Source: Heterodontus francisci
Lineage: Eukaryota
Length of the DNA stretch: 64,000 nucleotides
Assembly: GCF_036365525.1 (NCBI RefSeq)
Contig: NC_090409.1
Span: 31,444,437-31,508,436 of the forward strand
Direction of reading: 5' to 3'
The notes under the pieces were generated by a model that was not told where the DNA came from, ran no database searches, and worked only from the letters and a program-made list of their open reading frames with translations. Shown in pieces: positions 36,876 through 49,534 of this stretch; position 1 is the stretch's first letter; the number at the start of each line of letters is the position of its first letter. The position numbers and the translations under genes are program-made.

Positions 36876-37129
36876 AGTACAGAAATCTGTGTGGTTCTAT
36901 TTGCAGTACCCGTGTTATTTTCAGCCAGACACCAATACTCATCATCATCTTCAGAATATGCGGTTGTGGAATGTCTGCAATAGTTCATCAAGGGAAGATC
37001 TGCCAATCCCTTTACCAATATTCGCCCTTGTAAACAGCAGAGGATTCCACCAGGTTGTGAAGTATAAGATTAATGATCTGCCCTGTAACTCTACTATTGA
37101 GGAATTGATGGTAAGATATTCTAGTCCAT
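36876..37129 (-). pseudogene. Decayed Ig-domain pseudo-exon inside the Siglec-like gene
   Basis: gtgtcag|AT, then (Y)GLEYLTINSSIVELQGRSLILYF..NP..., a frameshift, and SEDDDEYWCLAENNTGTANRTTQISV|gtaag. It is 254 nt, has an in-frame TGA at 36953-36951, and lacks the first Cys. Confidence 0.75.
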
Positions 37130-37626
37130 CTGACACATGCACTAATGCAAAATGTGAATGTCACATGAGCATGATTTTGCTCTAAATGGAAACATTATAT
37201 TGGGAAAGAAGATTACAAACGTATATGTTTTACTGCCAGCCGATTAAAGTTGCATAAGATTTTTTTTCCTCATTTAAAATTTAGTCTCCTCTTTCACTGT
37301 TGTCTGCTTGGTTGTTTATGCACGTTGAGTCGTGTCTCATTCAGAACAATTTTGACGCCTAACCAGGATCTGATATCAAAGCAGAAACCAGTTTTAAAAA
37401 CCTTACTCTGCATGGCGTTTTTATTTGGCTTCATGCTGAATAAACTCAGCATGTCACTGATTGGGAGTCGGCTAAGTGCCATTTCCATTAATTGATTCTC
37501 CGTGTTAGTACTCACATGAAAGAAGCCCATGTTTTCTCAATGCGTTGCATGATGGCATTCAAAACACCTGTTAAATTGTGTGTAATGGAAGTACAAATCT
37601 TTATTGCATTTAGACAAAACACTTAC

Positions 37627-37938
37627 ATTTAATCTCCAAGGCAAGCGTCTGTGGAGAAGACGTTTGGAAGTCACCAATTATAATTGTGCATCCCAGAATT
37701 GATCCCTGATGAGCAGATGATGGAATCAATGTGAGCACGGATGAAACTGTCTGAGACCCTGAAATGTCATTGATAATTTCTGCTCCATCTTTAGTATCCC
37801 ATGCAAGAGGAAGGGACATGTTGTCATGACTCCATTTCACTTGCAGCTTGCTATTCGGGCAGTAGTCGGTGACTGAACAGGTCAGTCGTGCTTTGCGTCC
37901 AGCAACCATCGCCCGAAACCCTGAAATCCGTGGTTTTT
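37627..37938 (-). CDS. Siglec/MAG-like receptor: C2-set domain 2 exon
   Basis: ctcctgcag|AA ... AAA T|gtaagt, 312 nt. EKPRISGFRAMVAGRKARLTCSVTDYCP...W...SSVLTLIPSSAHQGSILGC shows the Siglec D2 signature LxCSxxxxCP ... SxLTxxP...HxGxxLxC. Confidence 0.92.
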
Positions 37939-38350
37939 CTGCAGGAGCAGGAGAAGACTCGCGTTAGATTCATTTCAATTTGAGAGCAGGAAACAAATCT
38001 GTTACTTTTAAATTGGAGAACGAGCCTTTGAAAAGTGTATTGTATGTGTTTTGCCAGCTGTGCATGGCAAGTTAGTTCTCTATTCTGTATTATTCCTTGG
38101 AGTTATAAAGTAGTTTAGTGCCTCACTGTGCAATACATGACCTTGCTTAATTAATCATCAGTCGTTTTATCACCTACGTTATTCAAATCATCACAAAACC
38201 ATTTCCATGTTTTGAATATGTATCATTGCATCTTTTAACAGTATCCCTGCATCCTATGTGTCAACAGCTCATTATAATAGTTACCTAATTTGTACATATA
38301 ATGATTCACATTGAAAGAATGGACAGAAATGTACAGAAGGAAGAACTCAC

Positions 38351-38722
38351 CTGAAACAGAAAGAACGACTCGAGAATGTTCAGAGTGCTGGTCTGCAGTT
38401 TGCCCGAATGTCAAGATGAATTGATATGTGCCCTCATCGCTCTTTCTGATACGCTTTATCAGGAGGGAGCATTGCCTTTCTCCAAGGTTGCCGGTGAACA
38501 CAACTCTCCCGCTGTAGTTGGCGTGCTGCTTGTGTGGATCTTTCGAATTATAGATCACTGAGGCACTGGGGTTACCAACACTGGAGCTCATCTTTATCCA
38601 AATACCGTTTGGGTAGCTGTTATTGATTACATTATCAAAGGTGCACCGGATATCTGCACATGAACCAGCCACCGCCGACATAGATTCTGTCAGCACCACA
38701 GAGCATTTTGCTGTAAAAACAA
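38351..38722 (-). CDS. Siglec/MAG-like receptor: V-set exon
   Basis: ttttgtcag|TT ... TCA G|gtgagt, 372 nt. SAVAGSCADIRCTF...GIW...YSGRVVFTGNLGERQCSLLIKRIRKSDEGTYQF carries the Siglec-specific Cys pattern (CxxxxC and E-strand CSL). Confidence 0.93.
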
Positions 38723-39329
38723 CTGACAAAACAAAACAAAAAACCTGCTTTAACGTAGTTGTCAATTGACGAATAATCGCCCATCACAATAACAATTTAG
38801 ACAACAATTAAGACCTTTTCAAAAATCAAGTAAACTACCAATTAAATAGCAATAGCACTTGCAGAAAAGTTAAATTGAATACCTATTTTGTGTGAGACTT
38901 ATAAATAAATATCATACATATTTAATATAAACCAAAACTAAATACAAATGCACTAATAAACAGCAGAATGTCCAATAAAATGCCCAAGTATAAATTACAT
39001 TATTGATCGCAATATACATTACACATCTATTCATTCTCCCTTGTATTTTCAATAGTTATGAGTTAAAATGTTATTAAAAGTGCGTGATAATACTCATATA
39101 TTTCATACTAATAATATAATTTGCAATGTACAATATTTAAATATGATCTTAATAGGCAGCCAAACGCAACAATGCACCGACAAATAATGCATTAACCAGA
39201 CACGTAGTTCCTATTTCCAATTATTCTAACATCAATCATCGAAAATCATTTCTATTAGGTACTGTTCTTAACTATTCCGGAAAAATGCAATCAACTGCTG
39301 TGTACATTGTAAAAAAAAAAGAAATGTAC

Positions 39330-39366
39330 CTGTTGTCAATGTCATGAGAAAAACAAACGTCATCAT
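39330..39366 (-). CDS. Siglec/MAG-like receptor: signal-peptide exon
   Basis: aacATGATG ... ACA G|gtacat. Encodes MMTFVFLMTLTT; 37 nt, phase 1. Confidence 0.75.
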
Positions 39367-41022
39367 GTTTGGACACAACTGCCGATTTCACTCTCAAGAT
39401 GAAGAACACTTAAGAAAATTCAAGTTTCTGCATTCTTCGTGTCAGTCACATTTTGGTTTTATTTGCTATTCAGCATCGGACAATCTAGGTAGGAAGTATT
39501 CGGTGTCGATGGATCTGTAGGGACAGTGGGTCTACAGTAAGGTTCCTTGGTGATGTAGACAGCTTGCACACGGGCTGCCTGTGACTGGCTATTAATGAAT
39601 ATGTTTACTGTATATGTAACAGTTGCTAAAGAATACTTACTACCGCAACAACATAGATCTGTCTCCCTCAAACACAAACGTCAAATGTATTGCTATTTAT
39701 GCAATAATATTTGGCATCTGTATCAAGACCTACGCTGGCTGACTGTCATTTCACACATATTTAACTTGCCAGCAGCTTATACGAGGTGTATGTTGGAGAC
39801 TTGTGACTAAACAGTTTGGTTGCTGCAGTCTGGAGAAGTGCGGTTTCGGCACCTTCCTTAATTACTGCCCTCATACTCATCTGTGACATCAGAGGTAAGA
39901 GCTGTTTCAGAGTAAACCGTTAGAGGCTGTGGTTGACAGCTTTCTGCCGAATTCATTTAACTCTTTACATTCACAGTCAAGAAATTAACCAAAATTCTGC
40001 TCAACTTGTTGAAGTACTTTGCGTTTCAAATTTCGGTATGAGGTTTGGGATGTTTGAAATGTCTTTGGAGTTTTGTCCCAAACACAAATAGTGCTGGGAA
40101 ATACATGGAAAAAGATGAGGGAACCAACGGGTCCAACCAAACTGATCAGTTTGGCAAAATCCTGGACACACAGTACTTGTCATTTGTGGTTAATTGTGTT
40201 CACTAGCTCGGAGACAGAAATAGATTGAAGCGATTGCCGGCGCAGACTAAGAAATTCTTCCAGCAAATTCCTATTGTCGCTCAAAGACGGAGAGCAGAAC
40301 ACATCTCTCCGATGCATCCCCACTGCAGAAAGTCGTGAATTCGTGGGATCAGGTCACGTGGTTTAGCGTACTTCTCATCTGCAACTATCTTTATGCAATG
40401 ATTATTATTTTATAACAAAAATATGCATATCACATTGGTACAGTAGAATGCGGTTTTGTGAGGCTGGGACTCAAATGGTGTGTGTGAGAAAGTAAAAGAT
40501 TTCAAAAAACGTTTTATTCAACTGCTTATCTGAAACTTGTCAAATAAAAATCTAAATAATTTTGCCAGGCTAATTTCCATCCCTGCCCTCCTCGCCTTGA
40601 ATGCTTTAACTATTATTCATTGGGGTTTGAAAACTGTCGAATACCTTCTGTATTGTGCTATCAATCATCTCGCTACGTCAATAGCAGGCAGTCTAGCCTT
40701 TCATAAACTGTGACTGCTGTTAGCAATAATTTCTCAACATCAATTATGCCCAATCGTCCTTCCAAAATGTGAAGGAGTAAGGCAGCACCTTAACCCCTTG
40801 TGAATTCCGGCAGTAATTATACAGAGACATTTACGTGCAGCGATGCTATTAACTTGCAAAGAAAATTTCATCAAAATTTTAACCCCAACCTGTTAGCATT
40901 CTGAAAACTAATGGCAATATGTTGGAAAGTGTATGGGATTGCAAATTAAATATTTCAACCAACAAAAATGAAGTAATCTGTGCCGTGTCTGAGGTGGGCG
41001 GAGTTATATCAAACTCACTGCT

Positions 41023-41053
<31 letters not shown>

Positions 41054-42367
41054 CTGTGTTTTCAGTTCGATATAATTGCTCCAGTGTCACGTGTCTTCAT
41101 GGCGGATATATCCATCACCTATCCCAGTAATGAGAACATTCCAATTGTGTACATAATCCTTTATTAACAACTGGATTTGATTGCGAGAATAAACTGCAGT
41201 TCCACTTCTGTATATCCGTCGTTAGCCTGTAATGCAAGCACTGGGAATGGAGTTAATCCCGGACGGAACTCAGTAGAATGCCGACCAGAAAATGGAATCA
41301 AAGCTGTTGCCCTCTTACTATTTGTTCAAGGTTTATATATATATATATATATATTGCTGAATTACTTGCATAATGTGCAGTTCATACAGTCACAACGTGG
41401 CCTATATGTCTGTGGAATCACTCTGGTCGTTGTATGTAGATCAGTTGCAATTGCATTAGAAATATTACCTCTGGTTCTTATTTTTCTTGTGTAGAAAGTG
41501 ATCGGAGAAAGACTGGTATGACTCCATGGCCTCCAACAACCATAATCATTTTCCTTTGTGCCTGGTATGACTCCAGTCAGTAGAGCGGATTCGCCCTACT
41601 TTCCATGATCCACCCACTCCCATTGACTTCACTTCTTTTTGGGCTCCTTGTGGCCACATTTGGTCAAATGCAGCCTAAACATCAAGGCCAGTCACTCTCA
41701 TCTCACTGTTCTATGAAACTGAACCCACAAGTTCTTCCACATCCTTCCACATTACCAAGCTATTCAGCATTCAAACTAAAATTTACCACTTCACACTCTT
41801 TCGAAATTGAGTCAGGACTTGTTCGGATAAAATGGATGTAGGGCTGATTTTACTGAGTTGCTTCAACTTAGGAAGCAATGGGACAAAGGGGATAGAATAA
41901 CACTGAGTGAAAACATTCCAGATCAATTGTTCATTCCAGCAACCGCCCAAGTTTCATTTAATTTGCTGTGATTGGGAACACTGTTTGTTTTCTGTATAAG
42001 ACGTACAGCCAACAACGGCAGTTTTACTTTTGGCCAATGAGTTGAAAGTAAATCCCTATGTGAACATTTAAAAATAGGTTGCAAAAGTGGTTGAAGGCAA
42101 CTAGAATAAAGGGATTTGGAAAGTGAGCAGGAGCATATGATTAGGAGTGATGCTCAGGTGAAGTATGAACAGTAACAGAGACTGGCAGGGCTGAAAGACC
42201 TGTTTTGCCGCTGTAATTTCTGGACATTTCTGTGTTCAGGATCTGAACCACTGCATCTCTTATCAGTACGCCTGCAACCTCCAAATATTTGTCAACTTGG
42301 CACATAAATTGATTCATGTTAAAACACAGGTATTACAATAAACACCAAAAACAAAGGGAAAACTCAC

Positions 42368-42644
42368 CTGAAACAGAAAGATAAACTTGAATCCCTGAGT
42401 GTAGTATTTCTTTGCATAACAGCACAAGCACAAAGGGATTTCCTAATATTGCCTGCATGGATCTTTCGAATTATAGATAATGGAGACACCGGAAGTGCAG
42501 GAGCAGGGCCTTGCTTCAACCACATTCCATTTGGCTTGGCCTCATCGCTTAGATGATCAAATGCACACCGTATCTCTGCACATGAACCCAACACCGCCCA
42601 CACATCTTTTGCCATCACAGCAGAACAGGGAGCACCCGAAACAA
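42368..42644 (-). pseudogene. Siglec-like V-set pseudo-exon of a tandem paralog
   Basis: ttttcctcag|TT VSGAPCSAVMAKDVWAVLGSCAEIRCAFD...PNGMWLK, then frame shifts through IIYNSKDP, NIRKS and FVLV...VYLSVS-G|gtgagt. Has internal deletions relative to 38351-38722. Confidence 0.88.
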
Positions 42645-42934
42645 CTGAGGAAAATGTTAAACGCTCATTACTTCGTCATTCTAAATATAGTGCAACATTT
42701 TAAGCATCCATTGATGTATTTGTTAATTGGAAAGTAATCGGCCATCACAATAGCAGTTTAAATATCTGATAAGTACTTTCCAAAATCAAGCAAAATTCTA
42801 ATTATATTACAATCATTAGTGCTACTGAGAGGTCCATTGCATTATGTATTCGTTAGGTGTTCTAGGAACTAATAACATACACATTTAATACTCATCGCGA
42901 AGCCAAATACATATTCACTAAGGAGCAGGTGACA

Positions 42935-43672
42935 ATGAACAAAGAACAGTACACCACAGGAACAGGCCATTTGGCCCTCCAAGCCTGCGCCGATCTTGAT
43001 GCCTGCCTAAACTAAAACCTTCTGCACTTCCGGGGACCATATCCCTCTATTCCCATCCTATTCATGTATTTGTCAAGATGCCTCTTAAAAATCGCTATCG
43101 TACCTGCAAGTTCCAGGCACTCACCACCCTCTGTGTAAAGAACTTGCCTCGCACATCCCCTCTAAACTTTGCCCCTCGCGCCTTAAACCTATGTCCCCTA
43201 GTAACTGACTCTTCCACCCTGGGAAAAAGCTTCTGACTATCCACTCTGTCCATGCCGCTCATAACTTTGTAAACCTCTATCATGTCGCCCCTCCACCTCC
43301 ATCGTTCCAGTGAAAACAATCCGAGTTTATCCAACCTCTCCTCATAGCTTATGCCCTCCAGACCAGGCAACATCCTGGTAAACCTCTTCTGTACCCTCTC
43401 CAAAGCCTCCACGTCCTTCAGTTAGTGTGACGACCAGAAATGCACGCAATATTCTAAGTGTGGCCTAACTAAGGTTCTGTACAGCTGCAGCATGACTTGC
43501 CAATTTTTATACTCTATGCCCTGACTGATGAAGGCACGCATGCCATATGCCTTCTTGCCTACCTTATCCACCTGTGTTGCCACTTTCAGTGACCTGTGGA
43601 CCTGTACGCCCATATCTCTCTGCCTGTCAATACTCCTAAGGGTTCTGCCATTTACTGTATACTTCCCACCTG
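42935..43672 (-). mobile_element. Young CR1 3' fragment
   Basis: GVQVHRSLKVATQVDK...LYRTLVRPHLEYCVHFWS; EALERVQKRFTRMLPGL. Confidence 0.93.
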
Positions 43673-44304
43673 CTGTCTAATAATATCCAGTTTAAATATA
43701 CATTAAAATATTACTTGAAATATACATTAATCGTCCATTGATTCTCCCTTGAATTACTCAATAGATATATTCCTATATGCTTCTAAGGGCTGAACTTAAT
43801 GTGGCCGTTTGAAGCGGGAATGGAAGCATGATGGGCGGGAAAATAGGGTCGGATACGTTCAGCCGGAAATCCAGCGTTGTGACCTCAGTTCCGGTCTTAG
43901 TCAGCTGCGGGAAAGCACCAAGGCCTCACCCACCCGACGCGATGGGACTGTAGCAGTCACTTATAATACATTTGTATGAAATTGATCACAATGCACTCAT
44001 GGGGCTTGGGATTAAGTGAACGACAGGAGGCCCTCATGTGCCTTTGGATTCTCGGCCATTGAAAAGTGCTGGCCCCGATGTAGGGAACTCACTAATCTGA
44101 TGGGTAGGCAGCCATGACCATCACTGAACAGAGGAAGAGGGGGGAGTGAATCTCCCCTGCTGGCCTGTAGTGCTGTGCATTCTGCATGGGTGGGCTTGAT
44201 CTCGGGTGGCCGTACAGGTGGGCATGGTCTCAAGTGGTCAGCACAGGTCCACTTGGTTTCAGGTGGCAGGGCAGGATGGGCTTGGTTTCCGGTGTTTAGC
44301 ATGG

Positions 44305-44505
44305 GTGGCCATATTGTTGGGTCATCTGTACTTGTGGCCATATTGTTGGGTCATCTGCAAGGGTAGCCATACTATTGCATGAGTCAGGTGCCCAAACCGG
44401 TGGGTCAGAGGGTCTGGTGGCCATACTATCGGGTGAGATGGTTAGGTGGCCATACTGTTGGGTAAGAGGTCTGGGTTTCCATACTATTGGGTGAGAAGGT
44501 AGGGC
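44305..44505. repeat. ~29-30 bp minisatellite inside the Harbinger relic
   Basis: Repeated ggccata(c/t)t(g/a)ttgggt units. Confidence 0.7.
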
Positions 44506-46640
44506 ACTAAAGGCTATCAGTGCATAATCCGAGAGAAGTAGCATTGGTGAAGATGCTAAGGCAACTTCATCTTTGCAAGGACAGTGGTCTGGAGGCCTAT
44601 TGATCACCTGGCATGGGCCTCATACACCCTTTCTTTGTGGACCCCATCCCATTTCCCTTGAAGCTCCATGACAAGCACAACAGCAGCCGGCCAAGCCAAG
44701 AAGAGCACACCTGCATCAGAGAGTTTACTGGACTCGCCTCAGCTACCTCCAAATGTCCAAGTGGCATTGACAGTGAAGACTCCGGCTCTGCAGAGAGTCC
44801 GTCACTGATTTATATGCCATGCTGCAGGACAGGTTGTGACCTATGGGACTCTGTGGTCACCTGATGCCAGTGGCCCTGGATGTCACAGTGGCACTCAACT
44901 TTTATGCATCTGGATCTTTCCAGTGAATCCGCCAGGTACATATATGGGATCTCCAGGCAGCAGCCCACTGCTGGATCAAGGAGGTGACCAATGCCCTTTT
45001 TAAGAGGGCTGGTATTATGTGCACTACCAGAGGGATGTTGACAATCAGGCAGATGGTCATCAGCTTTGGGGCCACTGCTGGATTCCCCCAGAGGAAAGGT
45101 ATTGTATGCATGTGACTATCAAGCCTCCGATGGACCAGGCAGCCACCTTCATCAATATGGATTTCATTCCATCGATGCTGAACTAGTCCGAGACCACCGA
45201 AAGCATTTCCTGCAGGTGTTTGCCCATTTCTCGGGAAGCAACCATGAAGCCGAGATAATTCGACAGTCCCAGGTGCTACAGTTTTTCAGGTTCCCTACTT
45301 GACATAAGGGATGTATTCTCCGAGGCACGGGCTACCCAAGGAATACATATCTACTGATGCCTGTGAGGAACCCTCTCACTGCAACAGAGGAGAGGAGCAA
45401 TACTTGCCATGGGTTCAACTGAGCGACCATTGACCAGGCCATTGGGCTGCTAAAGATACAATTCCAGTGTCTGGATCAATGCAATGGATCACTGCAGCAG
45501 GATCCAGTGAGGGCATCACGTATCGTGATGGTCTGCTGTGCTCTGCACTATCTGGCCCTGCAGAGGGGTGAGGCCTTGCCTGAAGGTGACATGATTAACC
45601 ACCAGTCCTCAACCGATGAGGTGGATGTGGAAGAGGGTAATGAGCAGGCAGTTCCGGATGTTTAAACCCTTGCACCAGAGGCCAGACACATCGAGCAATG
45701 GGGTGAGGAGACAAGAGACAGCCTCATGCTTACCTGCTTCCAGACACCATGATGCCTCTCAGAATGCAAGCAGTAATGACATAATTAGAAGCATTCAGTC
45801 TGTTGTCTCCTTTCTACTTGGGTTCTGTGCCTAGTGCCCAGCTTAACCACATGCTGTGCCCCATGTCAGACGTTTACCAAATGGGGGCTGTCCCTACCCA
45901 GCAGCCCATTAAAGAGAGGGGTGGAATCAGCAGATTACAGTTAAGGCATGAAAGAATAAACATTTTCCACAATAAATGATGATTCAATCATGAAAACAAC
46001 TTGATCCACAAAACAAATGGCAAATGTCAAACACCCGTGAAACCCCAAGTATGTCTAGATGGTTTCCTTTATATATTTTTGAGTGCTTCCATGTGGTGTG
46101 ACCCCCCCGCCGCCCGCCCTGCACTAGAAGCTGGGCTGGAGGCAGGCTGATGATCAGGCTGCCCCTTGGCCTGTGATGACGTCAATGGGCACCCTCTGGC
46201 TGCCTGAGGCCTGGAGGACCCCAGCTGCCTGACGGTTTCCCGCACAAGTTCAGGATTCTCCTCAGGCATCGGCGCAATTGGTGCTGGGCTCACTGGCAGA
46301 GGGGCTGAGGAGTCCATACACAGAGCGCCCTGAGGTGTGCCCCCAGATGTGGAGGCAAGCCTCTCTTCCTCCCTTTAAAGGCTCACTTGAACCTCCCTAC
46401 TGACAGAGAAGGATGAGCAGCTGAAGGAGATTCCAGGCACCTCATCCTTCTCTCGCCTTGTCACTGCTGCATTGAGCTCATGGCCAAGGCAATGATATTC
46501 ATGTCTGCATGCATCTATGGGATCTGGGTCTCTATGAGGGTTGCCAACCTCACCATGGAGGAAGCCATGCGCTGGGACATGGCAACACTCATGGCATGGA
46601 TCCTCCATCATCCACACATGACCTCTGGCATCTCTGCTAG

Positions 46641-46988
46641 ATATTTATTTATTTAGAGATACAGCACTGAAGCAGGCCCTTCGGCTCACCGAGTCTGTGC
46701 CGACCATCAACCACCCATTTATACTAATCCTACACTAATCCCATATTCCTACCATATCCTCACCTGTCCCGATATTCCCCCTACCACCTACCTATACTGG
46801 GGCAATTTGCAATGGCCAATTTACATATCAACCTGCAAGTCTTTGGTGGTGGGAGGAAACCGGAGCACCCGGCGAAAACCCACGCAGACACAGGGAGAAC
46901 TTGCAAACTCCGCACAGGCAGTACCCAGAATTGAACCCGGGTCGCTGGAGCTGTGAGGCTGCGGTGCTAACCACTGTGCCACTGTGCC
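46641..46988 (-). mobile_element. HE1-type V-SINE nested in the Harbinger relic
   Basis: Reverse complement of 21002-21344. Confidence 0.92.
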
Positions 46989-49534
46989 TCCCACTGTTGC
47001 CTCAGCTCGCTTTGCAACTCCAGCATATCCTGTGCTGTGGAACCCAAAGGCTTTTCATCAGCCTGGGGCTCAGAATGCACCTGAGTATCCACAGTCCTGT
47101 GACAGCCAGAGGCCTCACCTGTCTCAGTCAGTTGTTCGGATGCATGTGTGGTGCTCTCACCAGTTTGTGACCCTGATTCTAAAGTCGAGCATAAACCTAC
47201 AAAGGTGAACGTATCTGCACTGGTGGAAGGTGCAGGAGAGTCATGTGACACTGCAGCTTCTGACTGCTCCTCCACATACGTTGACTGCTGTCCGCCTTTG
47301 AATGGTGTTTCCTGTGAAAGCCGACCTGTATGAGAGAACACAAAGATGTGTGGGTTAGGCTGTGCAGAATCTCATCATGATATTTATGCACGGTGGATCT
47401 CCAGGAGTGTACGTTTTGGATGTCGACTGAAGACAATTCGCACTCTGTTGCATGGAGACTCAAGTCTCACCATCCGCTATTGAGTGACTGCCCTGGATCC
47501 CCGCTAACTCCAGTGCTTCATTGTCAGTTGCTGAGAGAGTCCAGGAGTCACTCGAACAGCAGTTTCAGCAGTGAACAGCAAATGACTCAAAGCAAGCAGG
47601 GTTTGCAGGTCTTTAAAAATGGCACCGGCAACTGCTCTGGAGTCAACTGACACTGCATGCAGCGCCTCGACTCTCATCCCCATCGCGGAACTGGACGGGA
47701 CCCGCACCCCAATTATTGGAATTGGCTGCCCACAGCATGACTGACTTGGGCCCGCCGCACATGTGAGGAGCGGCAAGGGCGCCCAATTCCGGGGTCCGTC
47801 GCCGGAGACTGAATAGAGAACACTGAACACAACACTCAATGTGCATTGAAATATTCATTAAACGTAATTTGAGGAGCCCAATATTTAAATGCTCTTTCAA
47901 CAGGATTGAAAACGCGATAGAACATGGAATAAAGTGCGAGAGCCATTCATGAAATTCCCACTTCACGGGTTTGAAAAACTGACCAAAGCTTCCATCTATT
48001 AGGAGTTGTCCTGTACCTGCCAACAACAGCTATTTCACAATGAAGACCAAACCTGTTCCCGCTTGTGTCACATCACATCAGGCGACTGAGGAGGTGAAGT
48101 ATTCGGTGCCAATCGATTTCTTGAACTTTGCTTACTTATTCAGCAACCGTCCTTGAAACAGCTGGTTGCACATCGTACATATGCGCTCCGTGTGCTCAAC
48201 TGTTACTGAATATGCATGGTATATGGTGAGTTGCTAAAAATGCTTAATACAGAAACATCTCTCCCTCTCAAAAACACCCACACACACAGACATATACAAT
48301 CGTACAACTATTTATGACTTACTTATAATGTTTTGGAATCTGCAACAAGAAGACACTGACTGCCCTTGCTTGCAGACACCTCCTCCTCACTTATCACACT
48401 TTTGGAGTTAACACGAGATGAATGTTGGGGATGTGCAACTGCAGTTAGTTTCGTTGCTGCAGTCTGTTGGTGTGCAGTTTCATCACTTACGCTGAATAAC
48501 GGTGCGATTGAAGTGTTTTTGTCAGTCAGCCATTTGACACTGCGGCAAAAAAAAAAAACCCATTCCAAATGCCTTAACTATTTACATTCAAATTCCGGCT
48601 CTGTAAACCTGCTGAAATTGATCAATATTATGCTTCATCTGTTTCAGTGCCTTTCATTCTCATTTAGGTCTGAGATCTGGGGCATGTTGAGGCTATTGTA
48701 AATCGAAATACCGCTGGAAAATATACGGATGTTATTCACTGAATAACAGAAATGCAGAGGATAGATATGTGTGTTCTCAGCTTTTGTAACCAACCAAATC
48801 TTTGTGACGATGATTTCTGGAACTCTTCCCATATGCATTGTGAAACCGATTGTTTCTTGATATGATGCTATGATATCACGAATTATCAGGAATAATTAAG
48901 ACAGACTCAGAAACACTGTACACACACACACATCAAATGCACAGTTGTTTTCTTAAACATAATATATTAGAATCTGTGACAGGAGAGATCTGTCCACGCT
49001 TGCAGGCGCCTCTGACTAAATTTTCACACACGTTAAGCATTTTCGCACTCATACAAGATGAATGTTGGAAATACATAACTAGGGTTAGTATTGTTGCTTC
49101 ATTCTACAAACCCGTGGTTGCACGGCTTTCTTTAATTCAATGCCAATAAACAATAGGGACAGTTTGTCAGCAAACAGCGTCACATGATGGGAAACATCCT
49201 TCCTTTTAAAGTGATTTAGATATTATCGCTCCGTTCCCAGTTGTATAAATGTGTTCAAATTAATCAAAATTTTAGCCTATTTGCAGCAGTCTCTTCTCAT
49301 TTAGACCTCTCCTCGAGAACGTTTGAAATGAATTTCAGAGAGTGCAATTGGTTTTCAGCGATGGAAAAAAAGCGATGGAGAATCGATATCGGTTTCTAAA
49401 TCCCACCCCTGTGTTTTTTTTTCAAAATGTTATGTTTTGCCTTCTCAAAAACCTTAATAGAGCATGATTCAACGTTGGCTCTTATTGGTGGCAGTGATTT
49501 AACTTTATTCAGTGCAAATAAAGCTCGATACATG

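Larger units (their letters stand above)
43787..47810 (+). mobile_element. PIF/Harbinger DNA transposon relic (HARBI1-like DDE transposase ~44770-45700; probable second gene remnant on the - strand)
   Basis: Fragments PVALDVTVALNFYASGSFQ, AHCWIKEVTNALF, AGFP, FHSIDAELVRDH, GYP..YLLMPVRNP, TIDQAIGLLKIQFQCLD and IVMVCCALH. The left end is TAA followed by gggctgaa. The right end is approximate because no clear TIR was found. Confidence 0.85.

Noticed and set aside
32648-39366. Calling the gene MAG or CD22
   Set aside because: It has only 3 intact Ig domains, no essential Arg and a divergent tail. It is family-like, not a recognisable ortholog.
44305-44505. Regularly spaced repeats resembling a CRISPR array
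   Set aside because: The context is eukaryotic, the tandem units are degenerate with no unique spacers, and they lie inside a transposon.
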